A stretch of DNA of 64,000 nucleotides, from assembly GCA_965644265.1 (NCBI GenBank), contig OZ286462.1:22134001-22198000 (forward strand). Reading direction: 5' to 3'. How positions within the stretch are numbered: the first letter of the stretch is position 1; every line of letters starts with the position of its first letter. The DNA comes from Glycera tridactyla. Lineage: Eukaryota. The notes beneath the pieces are model-generated. The model was given only the letters and a program-made list of their open reading frames with translations, was not told the DNA's origin and did not search any database. Of this stretch, positions 38,451 to 49,698 are shown piece by piece. A program made the position numbers and the translations under genes.

Positions 38451-39302
38451 ACACTTTCAGCATGCAAAGATGAGACCTGGGTCACTCAGACCTGGTTTGA
38501 GTGTTCGCTACCTATCCTATTGCTCTATTCTACAGATGCTATCTATCACAATTTTCGAGTGATGGCTCACTCTTGTCATGATAATAAAAGTAAAGCTATC
38601 ATCTCGACTTCTGTTTTCATCCTCTATGATTGTTTCAGAACCGCCTGTTTATCCGATAACAGAAATGACACCTCAAGTGTCTGTGAATTTCATACATTTT
38701 CACCTTTCTTCAGGAACCCAAAAGAGGGAGTCTTGAATGATCCCACCCATACCCATTGCATGGGCATCACAATATACCACAGATGGAGCTGACAGGATGT
38801 TAAACCCCAACAAAACAAACTAAACAATGTTTTCACCTACCATTAATAGCTCAAGATCTTTGCTTAGGCAGTAAGACATCTATATTCATGCCTAAGCTCT
38901 TCAGAGAGATGAAAGAGTTTTCTTTACATTATACATTTTACTGAACATGATCAACACTAGTGTTTTTAGTTATTGGTCATAATTATATATGACATACAAA
39001 TGGAGACTGTACCATGGTACATTTTCAGCCCTTTGAATCCAATGCACTGTGAAAAGGCTTGATCCTATGTTCACTGGATGTTACTAGGGTCAACATTTAA
39101 TGAGAGGAATTACACCTTGAGTATCTGTGGATTCCATACACTCACCTTCCTTGGGAATACAAGGAAAAGGAGAGCTGAATGATCAGTCCCATGCCCATTG
39201 GCTTCATGATATAGCTCACAAGGTGATAATAAACCACAACAAACCAGCATATGATTGATCCACAGCCAGTATTTTCCTAGGCCTTGACTTTGAACAGTAT
39301 GT

Positions 39303-39843
39303 TGACTAACCTTGTGCCATGGCACAAGGTTAGTGAGTGATCAGTTGTGATCTGCAGCATTGTAACTAAGGTTGTGCCATGGCACAAGATTAGTTCACAG
39401 TTTCTTCCCTGGACTCAGCTCTGAACATCTCCAGCATGGTAATATGCACCATAGTGACTAAGGTTGTGCCATGGCACAAGGTTAGTCCACAGTCAGTTTC
39501 CTCCCTGAACAAGCTCTGGACATCATGTTGACTAAGGTTGTGCCATGGCACAAGGTTAGGCAGGGGAAATGTCCATGAAAAATCTGCAGCATAGTAACTA
39601 AGGTTGTGCCATGGCACAAGGTTAGTCAGCAGTTCCCTCCCTGGCCCAAGCCCTGATTATCTGCAACATAGTGACTAAGGTTGTGCCATGGCACAAGGTT
39701 AGGCAGGGATTCATACCTGAAATGATCTGCAGTAGAGTAACTAATGTTGTGCCATGGCACAAGCTTAGTCGACAATTAGTTCCCCAATGGCATAGGCTCT
39801 GTACACAACGCTGATGAAGGTTGTACCATGGCACAAGTTTAGT
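39303..39843 (-). repeat. Right subterminal array: 8 copies of ctaagg-TTGTGCCATGGCACAA-ggttag (inverse of the left array)
   Basis: Flanks are the exact reverse complement of the left-array unit. Spacers ending catcatgttgac and ctgcagcatagtaac match the two left spacer types in reverse. Confidence 0.95.
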
Positions 39844-40001
39844 CTGCAATTTGTCCCTGAAACTCCCTGAAGTGACCAACTAATCATTGCCATTTCTAAC
39901 AGTACAATAATACAAGACAGAAAAACTGACATGAGGTGAGGTATCTCAAAATGATCTATATGACTATTTTCTGGAATAATGTGATGTCCCATTTTTTTCA
40001 A

Positions 40002-40057
40002 ATATTTTGAAAAAGTCTCAGCTCATGATTCAGTCTCATCCCAGATAATTTGCTGTT
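40002..40057 (-). repeat. Right terminal inverted repeat
   Basis: atattttgaaaaagtctcagctcatgattcagtctcatcccagataatttgctgtt, followed by AATA at 40058-40061. Confidence 0.9.
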
Positions 40058-40466
40058 AATAGCATATTGCATGGATATTTACAGCTTCTAGTGAATAAAT
40101 TCAATGTCAAAATACCTCCCCCCCCCCCCAGCTACTGCAGCAAGCAGAATTGAGTGAAAACCATTTCAGATTGGAAATACTTGCTAAACACTCCAGAATA
40201 TTTTTAAAAGAGGGTTTCAACAGATATCTGTCCCTGAATCACTTCTCCACAAAAGCTGCAGGCAAACTATGTTTGGCAATTTTTTGTATTTGAGCCTTTT
40301 ACAGACCAAGCTAATTGGGAAATTCAGAGAGTAATCGACAGACGAACACTCTGTCAGGCGGACCCAATGACAGACAGACAATCAGATAAAGCAGTAGACG
40401 TACAGCGGGACAGCCATATGGACATACATTCATCAGGACAGACAGACAAACTGACTACCAGATATT

Positions 40467-40471
40467 CACAC

Positions 40472-40522
<51 letters not shown>
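40467..40522. repeat. (CA)n microsatellite
   Basis: Directly visible, preceded by GACA-rich simple repeats from about 40340. Confidence 0.95.
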
Positions 40523-40524
<2 letters not shown>

Positions 40525-41244
40525 CGGACTAGTTTGTTGGTCTTATGTGGAGGGGAGGTTCTATCAGCAAGGTGTTTGCAAAACAACATGCACGTGTAAT
40601 GTCATCGGGTTCGTGCACAATATTGGGTGATTTTCCCTATAAAATTCTACTGTCACACTTGAAATGATGGTACAACATGTGGCATAAGTGGCACTAACTA
40701 TTCTAGATAATCACTGATAGCTACAGATGCCTAAAACATCTGCGAAGTGTTTTGTTGGTTTAGGTTGGACGTATGATTCAACCTGAATGGTTTTGAACCG
40801 AAACAAAGGAAATACATGCAACTCCATTTCGAATCCATAGTTATGTCTGTCAACCTGGTTTGAACTTTTTTGGCAAAAATATTGACTTGCAACAATTTCC
40901 AAAGATGGAAAATGAAAGCCAAGCTTTTCTGCAAAGAAATTACACTTTTTGGTTGATTGACACCACATCTTATCACACTTATCTTTATCATGAATTTTAC
41001 ATGTATGATAACATAGTATGACTTCCGAGAAATGGATATCAGCCCGGAAGTGATCTTTCACTCGAATCATTCTCAAGACATATCATCGCTGTTTTGATGA
41101 TGGTGAATGCTACCACAGCATCATACTAATATCAAGGTCAGCAGGCATCAATATAATTTTTTTTGACACCCTCGATATTGCAAAATGTTCATTTGTCATT
41201 TTGAGACCTGGAAAAAGCTGCCCATGTGTGCATGTTCCTTTCAG

Positions 41245-41430
41245 TGTGCAATGACTCTTTCATCCAATTGACTGACGGAAGTTGTATTAAGGTCAACTCC
41301 TCACCTGAAACCTGGGTGATCGCTAAGTCATCATGTGAACGTATTGGTGCACAGCTCATAACGCTCGCTGACGAATGTAAAGGGAATGCAGTGCTCGACC
41401 ATATGCGGACCCTGTATCCAACATATTCAA
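41245..41430 (+). CDS. C-type lectin gene copy 2, exon 2
   Basis: Acceptor gttcctttcag|, 186 nt, donor a|gtgagt. Paralog of 4671-4856. Confidence 0.88.
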
Positions 41431-41505
41431 GTGAGTTTAATGCAATCCCAGACTAGATGGTTGATTGAATTATGTCAGTATATATCCGACCTATGTATTC
41501 TAGGT

Positions 41506-41671
41506 NNNNNNNNNNNNNNNNNNNNNNNNNNNNNNNNNNNNNNNNNNNNNNNNNNNNNNNNNNNNNNNNNNNNNNNNNNNNNNNNNNNNNNNNNNNNNNN
41601 NNNNNNNNNNNNNNNNNNNNNNNNNNNNNNNNNNNNNNNNNNNNNNNNNNNNNNNNNNNNNNNNNNNNNNN
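41506..41671. other. Assembly gap (N run) next to a (CT)n run at 41672-41785
   Basis: 166 Ns. Confidence 1.
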
Positions 41672-41712
41672 CCCCCCCCCTCTCTCTCCCTCTCCCCCCT
41701 CCCTGTCTCTCT

Positions 41713-41786
<74 letters not shown>

Positions 41787-41899
41787 ACGTATCTCTAGTA
41801 ACAGCAATTGGTATCTGATTTTGCTTAGATGTATTATCTGAATTTAGGTTTGCGATGATTAACTACATGCTTATGCGTTGTTCAGTTTTTTGGCAACTT

Positions 41900-42340
41900 G
41901 AGCGAGAACGTGATCACTTCCTCATAGTTTTTCTTCTTCTCTCTGATGATATCATGTCTAAACATCGATGTGCATCCACCCCTTTTCTCAGGCTCAAACA
42001 CACAAAAATTGCCAAACATAGTTTGCCTACAGCTTTTGCAGAGAAATGCTTCAGGGACAGATATATGTTGAGATGAATGTCCTCTCAAAAAAGATGCATT
42101 TCAAGGGCGCCATCGATTGGAAGGAATCTTGAAGAAAAATTATGTTAAAACATGCCATATGTCCTAAAAAATCTTACCGGAAAATGCAATTGATATTCAG
42201 TGTTTATCGTGTAACAACTCGATTGCCTCAGGAACGTTTCCTGAACATCGAAAATTGGCGACAGTCAATGTTTTGTCTGGAGGTGGGAAAGCGGACGATA
42301 TGAATAATGATCATCTAATATCCTTGCTTTTTAGCGATAT
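41900..42340 (+). mobile_element. LINE ORF2 relic in lectin copy 2 intron 2
   Basis: Degenerate NSIASGTFPEH.KLATV..G..DD.N..LIS matches the pre-RT motif FNxSIxxGxFPxxWKxAxVxPxxKxG..NYRPIS. Confidence 0.6.
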
Positions 42341-42732
42341 GTGAGTAATATTATTAGTGAAATTTCCACTCGTCACAAGGCAATGGCTCGCTAAGGAGTA
42401 CGCTCTCTCATACTCGGTCATTCAGACTGTATGATGTTCTGATTCATCCATGTCCCTTCTTGAATAATCAGTCATCTTATATTATATTATATTGTGTAGT
42501 CAAGTTTCTCTTCATTGCTAAATGTATGCATATAATACGACCTACGGGTCAAGGCAACATAATAGGAATATATACCGACAAACATTTTAGTGTAATCCAG
42601 CCTTCCTTGCCAGAGGGATCAAGTACCGCATCAGATCCATCCTGCACATCAGAAGAACTAGCAATGATTTATCAACTGTTTCAGCTATTTGAGGTCATCA
42701 ATGAATGACCACCTGCTCCTTTTTCTTTTCAG

Positions 42733-42953
42733 GTTTTTGGATTGGATTGAATGACATCGAAGTAGAGGGTGATTTTCGGTGGCTGGGTTCAGGGTTGAAG
42801 CCATCATGGGAGAACTGGGGTGGTGGTGAACCCAACGACTATTATGAAGAAGACTGTGTCATTGTGTTGACTAGCACTGGATTATGGTATGACTACGATT
42901 CTGCCTGGACACTTCCTTTCGTGTGTGAGCAAGAGGATTATCATTTTCCATGA
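42733..42953 (+). CDS. C-type lectin gene copy 2, exon 3. Spliced CDS 711 nt = 236 aa
   Basis: Acceptor ttttcttttcag|, phase 1. Encodes SFWIGLNDIEVEGDFRW..GEPNDYYEEDCV..WYDYDSAWTLPFVCE. Joins exons 1 and 2 in frame. Confidence 0.88.
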
Positions 42954-43654
42954 TCAGATATAAACGCATCCATGACAGGCCACACTACCCTCGGGGAGAG
43001 GGGGGGGGCAAATACTGCTCCCATCTGATCAGTACTTGTTAGACCAAGCACTGTGTTGCATAACATTAAATTCAATTCAATTCAATTCAAAACTCTTTAT
43101 TCAGACTCGTAACATCTGTACAAAAATAAACCACAGTTGGCTCGCCGGGCTTTTTATGGCAGCCACGAGTTAGGTTACATTCTTAAGTAAAATGTGTTAG
43201 TTCACAATTAGATACTCCAGTATATACACAAGGACATAGATATAGATAGATCATGTGAATATGTTCGATATTTCATAGAGATATTTATAAAAGTTGATAT
43301 TCACATCCTCATTGACTCTAGATTTAGAGACAAAGTAGATATAGCTGACAAATATGTGCACTCTTATCAATTCATTGCACAAATACGTCTATGGATATAT
43401 TTACAACCAAGTAATTAATAATCAACAATTCAATCAACATCACGAATATATACAGCCCCTCATTTAATGAGAGGACGAGGAAAATAAGGTGCAAAATACT
43501 GTAAGTAGCTATTGGCTACACCGAGCAAAGGAAAAGTGAAAGACAAAATAATTTAGAAATATGAGGAAGACTAGTAACAAGTCAGGTACTAAACCTATAA
43601 TCTCTATCATTCAAATCCACCTGCTACAATTATCATGTCCACAAAATGAAGATT

Positions 43655-43900
43655 GCTGACCATACATTACTTGTACAAAAGCTTGGTGAAATGGGGTTTG
43701 ATAAGAAATATTGCGAATTGGTCAGTTCGTATCTAATCAGCAATGTTCAGATTACCTGTATCAATAGTGAAAAATCATCATGACTGCAAATACCATGATG
43801 GGTCCTTCTAGGGGCAATTTTGGGAAAACAGGGCCCCAAAGCAGAAATATCAATGTCCGACAGGGGGTAAGAGCTGCATAGCTGCATCGGGTATAAATAT
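43655..43900 (+). mobile_element. LINE RT relic
   Basis: DHTLLVQKLGEMGFDKKYCELVSSYL..GAILG matches the RT motif DHxLLLxKL..G..SYL..QGSILGP. Confidence 0.65.
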
Positions 43901-45101
43901 CTGTATTCACTGCGAATGATATAGAACGATGGGGAGGTTGTTTTTTGTTTGTTACCATACTAGTGATCATATATGTGTGAGCTATCCATTGTGATGAAGC
44001 TGGTCCTGATATTTGGGCTGGTTTTTGTGATCTCCGCCTGCGGCTTGAGATCACTATGCTATCACCTCTCTGCTCGAAATACTTTCTAACTTCGCCAATT
44101 CTGACGCTTGAAACTGTTATCATCAACGGATTTTTGATCGGACCTGTGTGAAAGGCACCAATGATGTGATCTAACACAATCTTATCATTTTTTTTTTGCT
44201 TTGATGAGTGACATTTCGAGAAAATGTAGCGATTACATAACAAGCATTTCTCTGTACACTCGTTTTTGTGGCCGATTGCCAAAGCACACAGATTTCCGCG
44301 GGTTGAATATGTATAGTTGTGTCAAATGAAAGTAGTGGTTCTTTTTTCGCACCTCATTACCAGGTTTAATGGATGACTGCGCCGATTCATGGATTGAGTT
44401 GTAGATAGCGTGTGTGAAACCAGCCAATCAGAGACGGCGATTCAACGAACTTTTTGAGAACGCTTCAGTTTGTGATGGATTATGGACGTAACGACAAATC
44501 CACTAGTGGCGTGTTCATGACTCGCACCGGAAGGACCGCTGCCCCATATTCCTGAAGGAGGGCTTGTCATCATCCCCCTGTCTCTGCGTCTGTTACTCTT
44601 TCTCTGTCTCTCTCTCTATCTTGGAGATCTCTCATCGCACATGGGTGCTCTTGTTTATACATGTCCTGACATTGCAAATACCAATGAAAAATACGTCGGT
44701 CGCATACATATGTCAACAAAGGAGGTTTGATTGACAAGTGCGTCACCGTGATGGTCTGTGTGTATGTAATCGACAATAGAGTGCCTGATGAGTGGTCGTT
44801 AAAACGTGGTGGTCGCAATACAGAGGTCGTCGCTGGAGCAGGTCAGACTGTACATACATTCATTCTCATAATTATCCATATGAATAGTATTGATCCATCT
44901 ATACTGAACACACCATGTTTAGTATTCCAACTTTCTTTTTTATGTGTCCAATTCATAACAACCTGGGTGTGCTTATCACACCTAGCCAAGGTATCGGGGT
45001 GAGATGTCACTGCACTTCAGCGAACATCACACCTGGTGTCACCACAACCTGCTTGCAAGTATCTCCTCAACACCGGGTGAAGAGTGTTAGAGATTTTGCA
45101 T

Positions 45102-45235
45102 NNNNNNNNNNNNNNNNNNNNNNNNNNNNNNNNNNNNNNNNNNNNNNNNNNNNNNNNNNNNNNNNNNNNNNNNNNNNNNNNNNNNNNNNNNNNNNNNNNN
45201 NNNNNNNNNNNNNNNNNNNNNNNNNNNNNNNNNNN
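45102..45235. other. Assembly gap (N run)
   Basis: 134 Ns. Confidence 1.
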
Positions 45236-47129
45236 GTTACTAAAATATAATTGTGAGCGAGTTGGAAAGCTGATGACTGTTGAACATTATCACGGGATTG
45301 CTGCTTGTGGCAACTGTGGCATGCTTCTTAACCCTCCCCATTGTCTGATGTACTATGCAATGGTTGGAGAAGTAGACCCTGAAGAACTGGATATATGAGT
45401 CAATCATCTCATCTACAAGAAAAGGTTTTGTCGGCTTCCGCTAAAGAATAGGTCTGATGACTGCCCATACGTCTAAAGGCTGGTTCAATCATCTGGTGTT
45501 TGAAGGATAACAACCAGCCAACCTATGAGCACTTATGTGTTTGGGGAAGGAAATGTGTGTGTGAGGTTCATGGGACCCATGTCCAGTCGAGAAATGTCAT
45601 TGCAAATCATTCCCAGTGTTTGTTGTCATTTTACCCATCATATATCTGTACATTCACTGTTTCTTATTCCATTCTAGTAATGATATTTTCATGGAAGCAT
45701 GTTGTATGACCCGTGGATGAAATGTCTCTTCGGATAAAATCAACACCCATGAAAAGAATAAGAAATAATATACACTCATACAGTAGATAGAGTCAAAGAC
45801 ACAATGTCCACATATATATAAAAAATGGTGTCGCGATCACGTTGCATTATTAGAATTGCCATATACAAATAAGGTAGATATAGCCTAAATTTTTGCATTT
45901 GTACAGGACAGGCTTCCAAGCAGTCTTGAGAGCCACACCATATGGTGTCTCTCTCACATGATACCAATTCTATGATACTCCATCATGCGAGGCTTAAAAC
46001 TATCGATAGTTTGTGCATCGCATATCTAGACGGGTAAAGTGTGTTTCAGATTCTGGCCACTCTCAGGAGGAAATCATCATCGGATTTATGTAGGCGAGTG
46101 TTGGCAGTATCTATGCTCCTCCATCTGAGTCACGAGTTCATAGTCTGTTTGAGACAAAGGTACTACCGTAAGGCTTGGTCAGCCTTGAAAAGAGCATGTT
46201 CCTTTTGTGATTCTAAACCTTTCACACGCAACGTGGAGCTTCCTTGCTGTAGAAAAAAACCTGAAAATACCGGATCCCGAATACTGTTGAGTCCTGCATT
46301 CAAAAAACATCCAGCATTCGCCCATTTGCCCTTGCAATGCACTTTCCATACCTATGGGAAGACTGGAATAAAGAAAGTTGATTTCAACTTTCGCTCTATC
46401 AATCCATAAGTATAATAATTCACAATGTCTTTATGGCCCAATCTCAATCGATGATAATGTTTGCGAATATCTCCTTTACTGTCGATTACGCCGATTTACA
46501 ACTAGATAACTAGATATTTTGCATTGCTGTTTCATACAATGTTCAGGTGTATATTGTAGATGACTGGCATGTCATAATGACAATCAGGAGATCTCTACAC
46601 CACTCCCCTTGTACTTACTTGGTAGATACCACATCCTATCTTTTCACTTTGCTGGAATTTCTCTAGCATTTCAATTGTATTTTTTATCTTAAGAATTTTA
46701 ATTATAACTACTGTGTAACAGGTTGTGTAACAACGCACTGTCTCTAGGCCCCTCTCATATTAAATGATGAAGGTGAAACAATCTCCAGTACGGTCAAATA
46801 CCATCTGTATATGTGATCAATTTAGGGCATTAATGGTAATCAACTGTCATCCATGGTCCTACATTGTTAATCTTACTCGGTATAGCTTCCTGAATGGTGT
46901 ACCTAGCCAGTGCTAGCCATCCGGTGTGTCATAGTCAACTAGACAATTTGTTGTGATATGATATATGGTGTACCATCACTCCATCCAGAGTTCCATTCTA
47001 ACTCAAAGTCACCTAGTGTTTGACATGGTGATGAAGTTGGTGTCGCCATCTAACTGAATCTACCATTATTGGTTTTTCGCCTGTGTTACCCTGCAATGTC
47101 CTCCTTCATAGCCATCTGTTGATACGATA

Positions 47130-48488
47130 GTGAAGGAACACGATGAGCAATATGGACAACTAGTTGGTTGTCTGAACAATATGTCAACGATAATTGATAA
47201 ACATGATACTAAACTAAAAGCATCCGATGTGAGACTCGAAGACTTAGTCGAGAAAATTAGTGAGGAACTGGAGTCAAGGAATACCGGAAATGTGACAAAA
47301 GAATTAATGGAATCCATGGCTGAACTAACTCATACGGTGCAACGAATAGATCAAAAGGTGAATATCCAAGGAGGAAAGGTGGAAAGCATGGAATTACGGG
47401 TGTCGAAAGGAGAGGTCAAGGTGGACTTGCTGGAGAAAAATGATCGGCTTAATACAATCGTAATCGATGGTCTTCCCTTTCAGAAAGAAGCAACACTGAT
47501 CGACCAGGTAATCAAAATCATCAATGACAGAACTGGCTTAGGTGTGTCAAAAAATGAGATCGTGCAGGTGGCAAGATTTGGGCCACCTGGTGGCGACGAT
47601 AAACCACGGCCTGTAAAGGTTCGCTTCATCCATGGTAATGTACGTAGAGATATGTTTATGAAAAAAGTGAACAATAAGAGCTCAAAAATCTTCTTCAGGG
47701 AACAGCTGACAGAAAGGGAATCTGAAATCTTTCAAAAAGCCAAACAAGGTAGAAAGGACGGCAAATTAGACAGTGTCTGGACGAGAGATGGCAGAATTTT
47801 TGCATCCAAAAATAAAAGTCGGGATAAAATTTCAATTTTTTCCATGAAGCGACTTGACGAGGTATTTAAAACAGAAAATCGGCAAGAACAAGAAGAGAAC
47901 CCACGAAATGCACAAGTCCAAACCCATTCTGTTAAGCCAAAATCAACTGGGGACCAATCAAACCATAGAGCAAAACAATCGACATCGATAAGTGCTCCGA
48001 GATTGAACCTGGGTTTTCAACGAAAGTCTACCACAAAGAAAGACAACCCCCCGTCCTCCTTTGTAAAGGAATCGATAAGCTACAGGTCTAAATTGCTAAA
48101 TACAAATCACGACTCAAATGAGACACCAACCACTAAATGTAATGATTCAGAGACAATCAGACACAATGATAAAAATGATAGAAGTGATAGACCTGAAAAA
48201 TCGGTTGTGAGTAATAAGAAAGAAAAAGAGCTTTTCAGGAAATGGCTAAACACATATCGAGAAAAATCTGATGATGAAAGGAGCGAATCCCGCAAATTGG
48301 ACACTGCGACTGGCGGAGGTAGCTGTATATCACTAGTTCTCAGTGAAAACGCGGATCAAGACGAGGGCGCTTACTCTGACCCGTCTAGGTCAATCCCGGC
48401 ACGCAAATCGAATACAAAACAGGAGGCGGCATCATTGGAGCTGTCAAACGCATTTAGCATTTTAGGTCGCATAACAGATAGCTCATAA
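47130..48488 (+). CDS. LINE ORF1p (coiled coil + L1/Tnp22-type RRM-CTD + low-complexity tail)
   Basis: Coiled-coil N-terminus followed by LNTIVIDGL, RPVKVRF, IFFREQLT and SVWTRDGRIF motifs. Frame open from 47112; first AUG is internal. Confidence 0.85.
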   Translation: MKEHDEQYGQLVGCLNNMSTIIDKHDTKLKASDVRLEDLVEKISEELESRNTGNVTKELMESMAELTHTVQRIDQKVNIQGGKVESMELRVSKGEVKVDLLEKNDRLNTIVIDGLPFQKEATLIDQVIKIINDRTGLGVSKNEIVQVARFGPPGGDDKPRPVKVRFIHGNVRRDMFMKKVNNKSSKIFFREQLTERESEIFQKAKQGRKDGKLDSVWTRDGRIFASKNKSRDKISIFSMKRLDEVFKTENRQEQEENPRNAQVQTHSVKPKSTGDQSNHRAKQSTSISAPRLNLGFQRKSTTKKDNPPSSFVKESISYRSKLLNTNHDSNETPTTKCNDSETIRHNDKNDRSDRPEKSVVSNKKEKELFRKWLNTYREKSDDERSESRKLDTATGGGSCISLVLSENADQDEGAYSDPSRSIPARKSNTKQEAASLELSNAFSILGRITDSS

Positions 48489-48780
48489 TGCAGACTCCGT
48501 ATGTCTACAGTGACATAAACTCTCTCGAAAACGAAAAACCAAAGGATACGCAGGTACGTGTATTAAATTAATCAGAAGACGCGAACATTCTTGAATCTAG
48601 TTTCGATGTAAGTCACGCATGACTTGTCATGACCTACTGCCGAGTATTAACCTCATATGACCCCAGCGCTTCAATATAGACCATATTGTATGAATTGTTA
48701 CGATACCTAGATCTGATAGAATTTGATGAATTGATATAATTGTCTTAACTTATGTTAATGGACATCACGTTTGATTACAG

Positions 48781-49698
48781 GATGACTTAGACGAACTCGA
48801 AAAGATAGCGAAAGATAGGATGTTTGCTTCGTTTGGCGAGTTTCGATGCCCGATCTTTCGTACAGAGAAGGCCATGAAAGAGCTGGACCCACCCGTAGTT
48901 CTTGTCATAGGATCCAGCCATGCTAGACGGTCAGGAACCAGTGTTAAATCATTTACCTCACAACCAATAAAGGATCACATGCAGAACTGGCATTTTTTCG
49001 GCATTGGAGGTGCAAATTGGGGTACTTTTGAAAAGGAATTTATTGGCATTTTTGATCGTCTGGAAAGACAGAGAAAGCACGGAAATACCTATGGGAAGAT
49101 AGTGGCTAAGAAAATATCACCTACCCATGTGGTACTACTATTGGGCTCAAACGATGTTGACAATTTTGAGAAACAGCAGCTATGGCGGGCTTGGCACCGT
49201 GATCCCCGTATAGAGAAGCGTAGAACAGATGACATTCAGGGAAACTTTCTCAATGGCCTATATCCTCGTATACATGCATCCATAACACTAATCATGGGAT
49301 TATTCCCCACAGCAACCATCCTTTATCCATCTATTATCTGGAGACCTGATTGGAAGATAGCTACGCGGCAAGTCGCTATTAGCATAGATGGCTATATTCG
49401 TTCAGAATTTAGAATCTCTCATCCAGACACTGTTCGATTTGTCCATACACACATGTTGTATTATAAAATGTATCAAAACGAAGGAAGTTTGGTTGGTTTC
49501 CATAAGAAGACCAAACATGGAAACCGTCGTCGCAGGTATGGTTTCACCATGCCATGCTTTATCGATGATGACAGGATACATCTAAATCAGGCTGGTTATG
49601 AAATACTAGTCACTTGTTTCGTTGGGTCTATCTTGGATCATCACATTGCCACAAAAACTGTCAAACCGAAAACAGTTGTGGTGAATCATTTGAAATAA
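48781..49698 (+). CDS. SGNH/GDSL esterase-like ORF (probable spliced 5' exon 48488-48553)
   Basis: All four SGNH blocks are present: IGSSH, GIGGA, LGSND and DRIHL. Frame open from 48781, directly after the acceptor tttgattacag. Confidence 0.8.
   Translation, partial: DDLDELEKIAKDRMFASFGEFRCPIFRTEKAMKELDPPVVLVIGSSHARRSGTSVKSFTSQPIKDHMQNWHFFGIGGANWGTFEKEFIGIFDRLERQRKHGNTYGKIVAKKISPTHVVLLLGSNDVDNFEKQQLWRAWHRDPRIEKRRTDDIQGNFLNGLYPRIHASITLIMGLFPTATILYPSIIWRPDWKIATRQVAISIDGYIRSEFRISHPDTVRFVHTHMLYYKMYQNEGSLVGFHKKTKHGNRRRRYGFTMPCFIDDDRIHLNQAGYEILVTCFVGSILDHHIATKTVKPKTVVVNHLK

Larger units (their letters stand above)
13999..40057. mobile_element. Candidate 26-kb Sola-like DNA transposon with TIRs, transposase and ParB-like gene
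   Basis: 56-bp inverted repeats (55/56 identical) at 13999-14054 and 40002-40057. AATA lies directly outside both ends. Inverted subterminal palindrome arrays and a spliced DDD transposase lie inside. Confidence 0.75.

Noticed and set aside
43761-44282. 173-aa minus-strand ORF
   Set aside because: Partly antisense to a LINE RT relic, with no recognizable domain or splice support.
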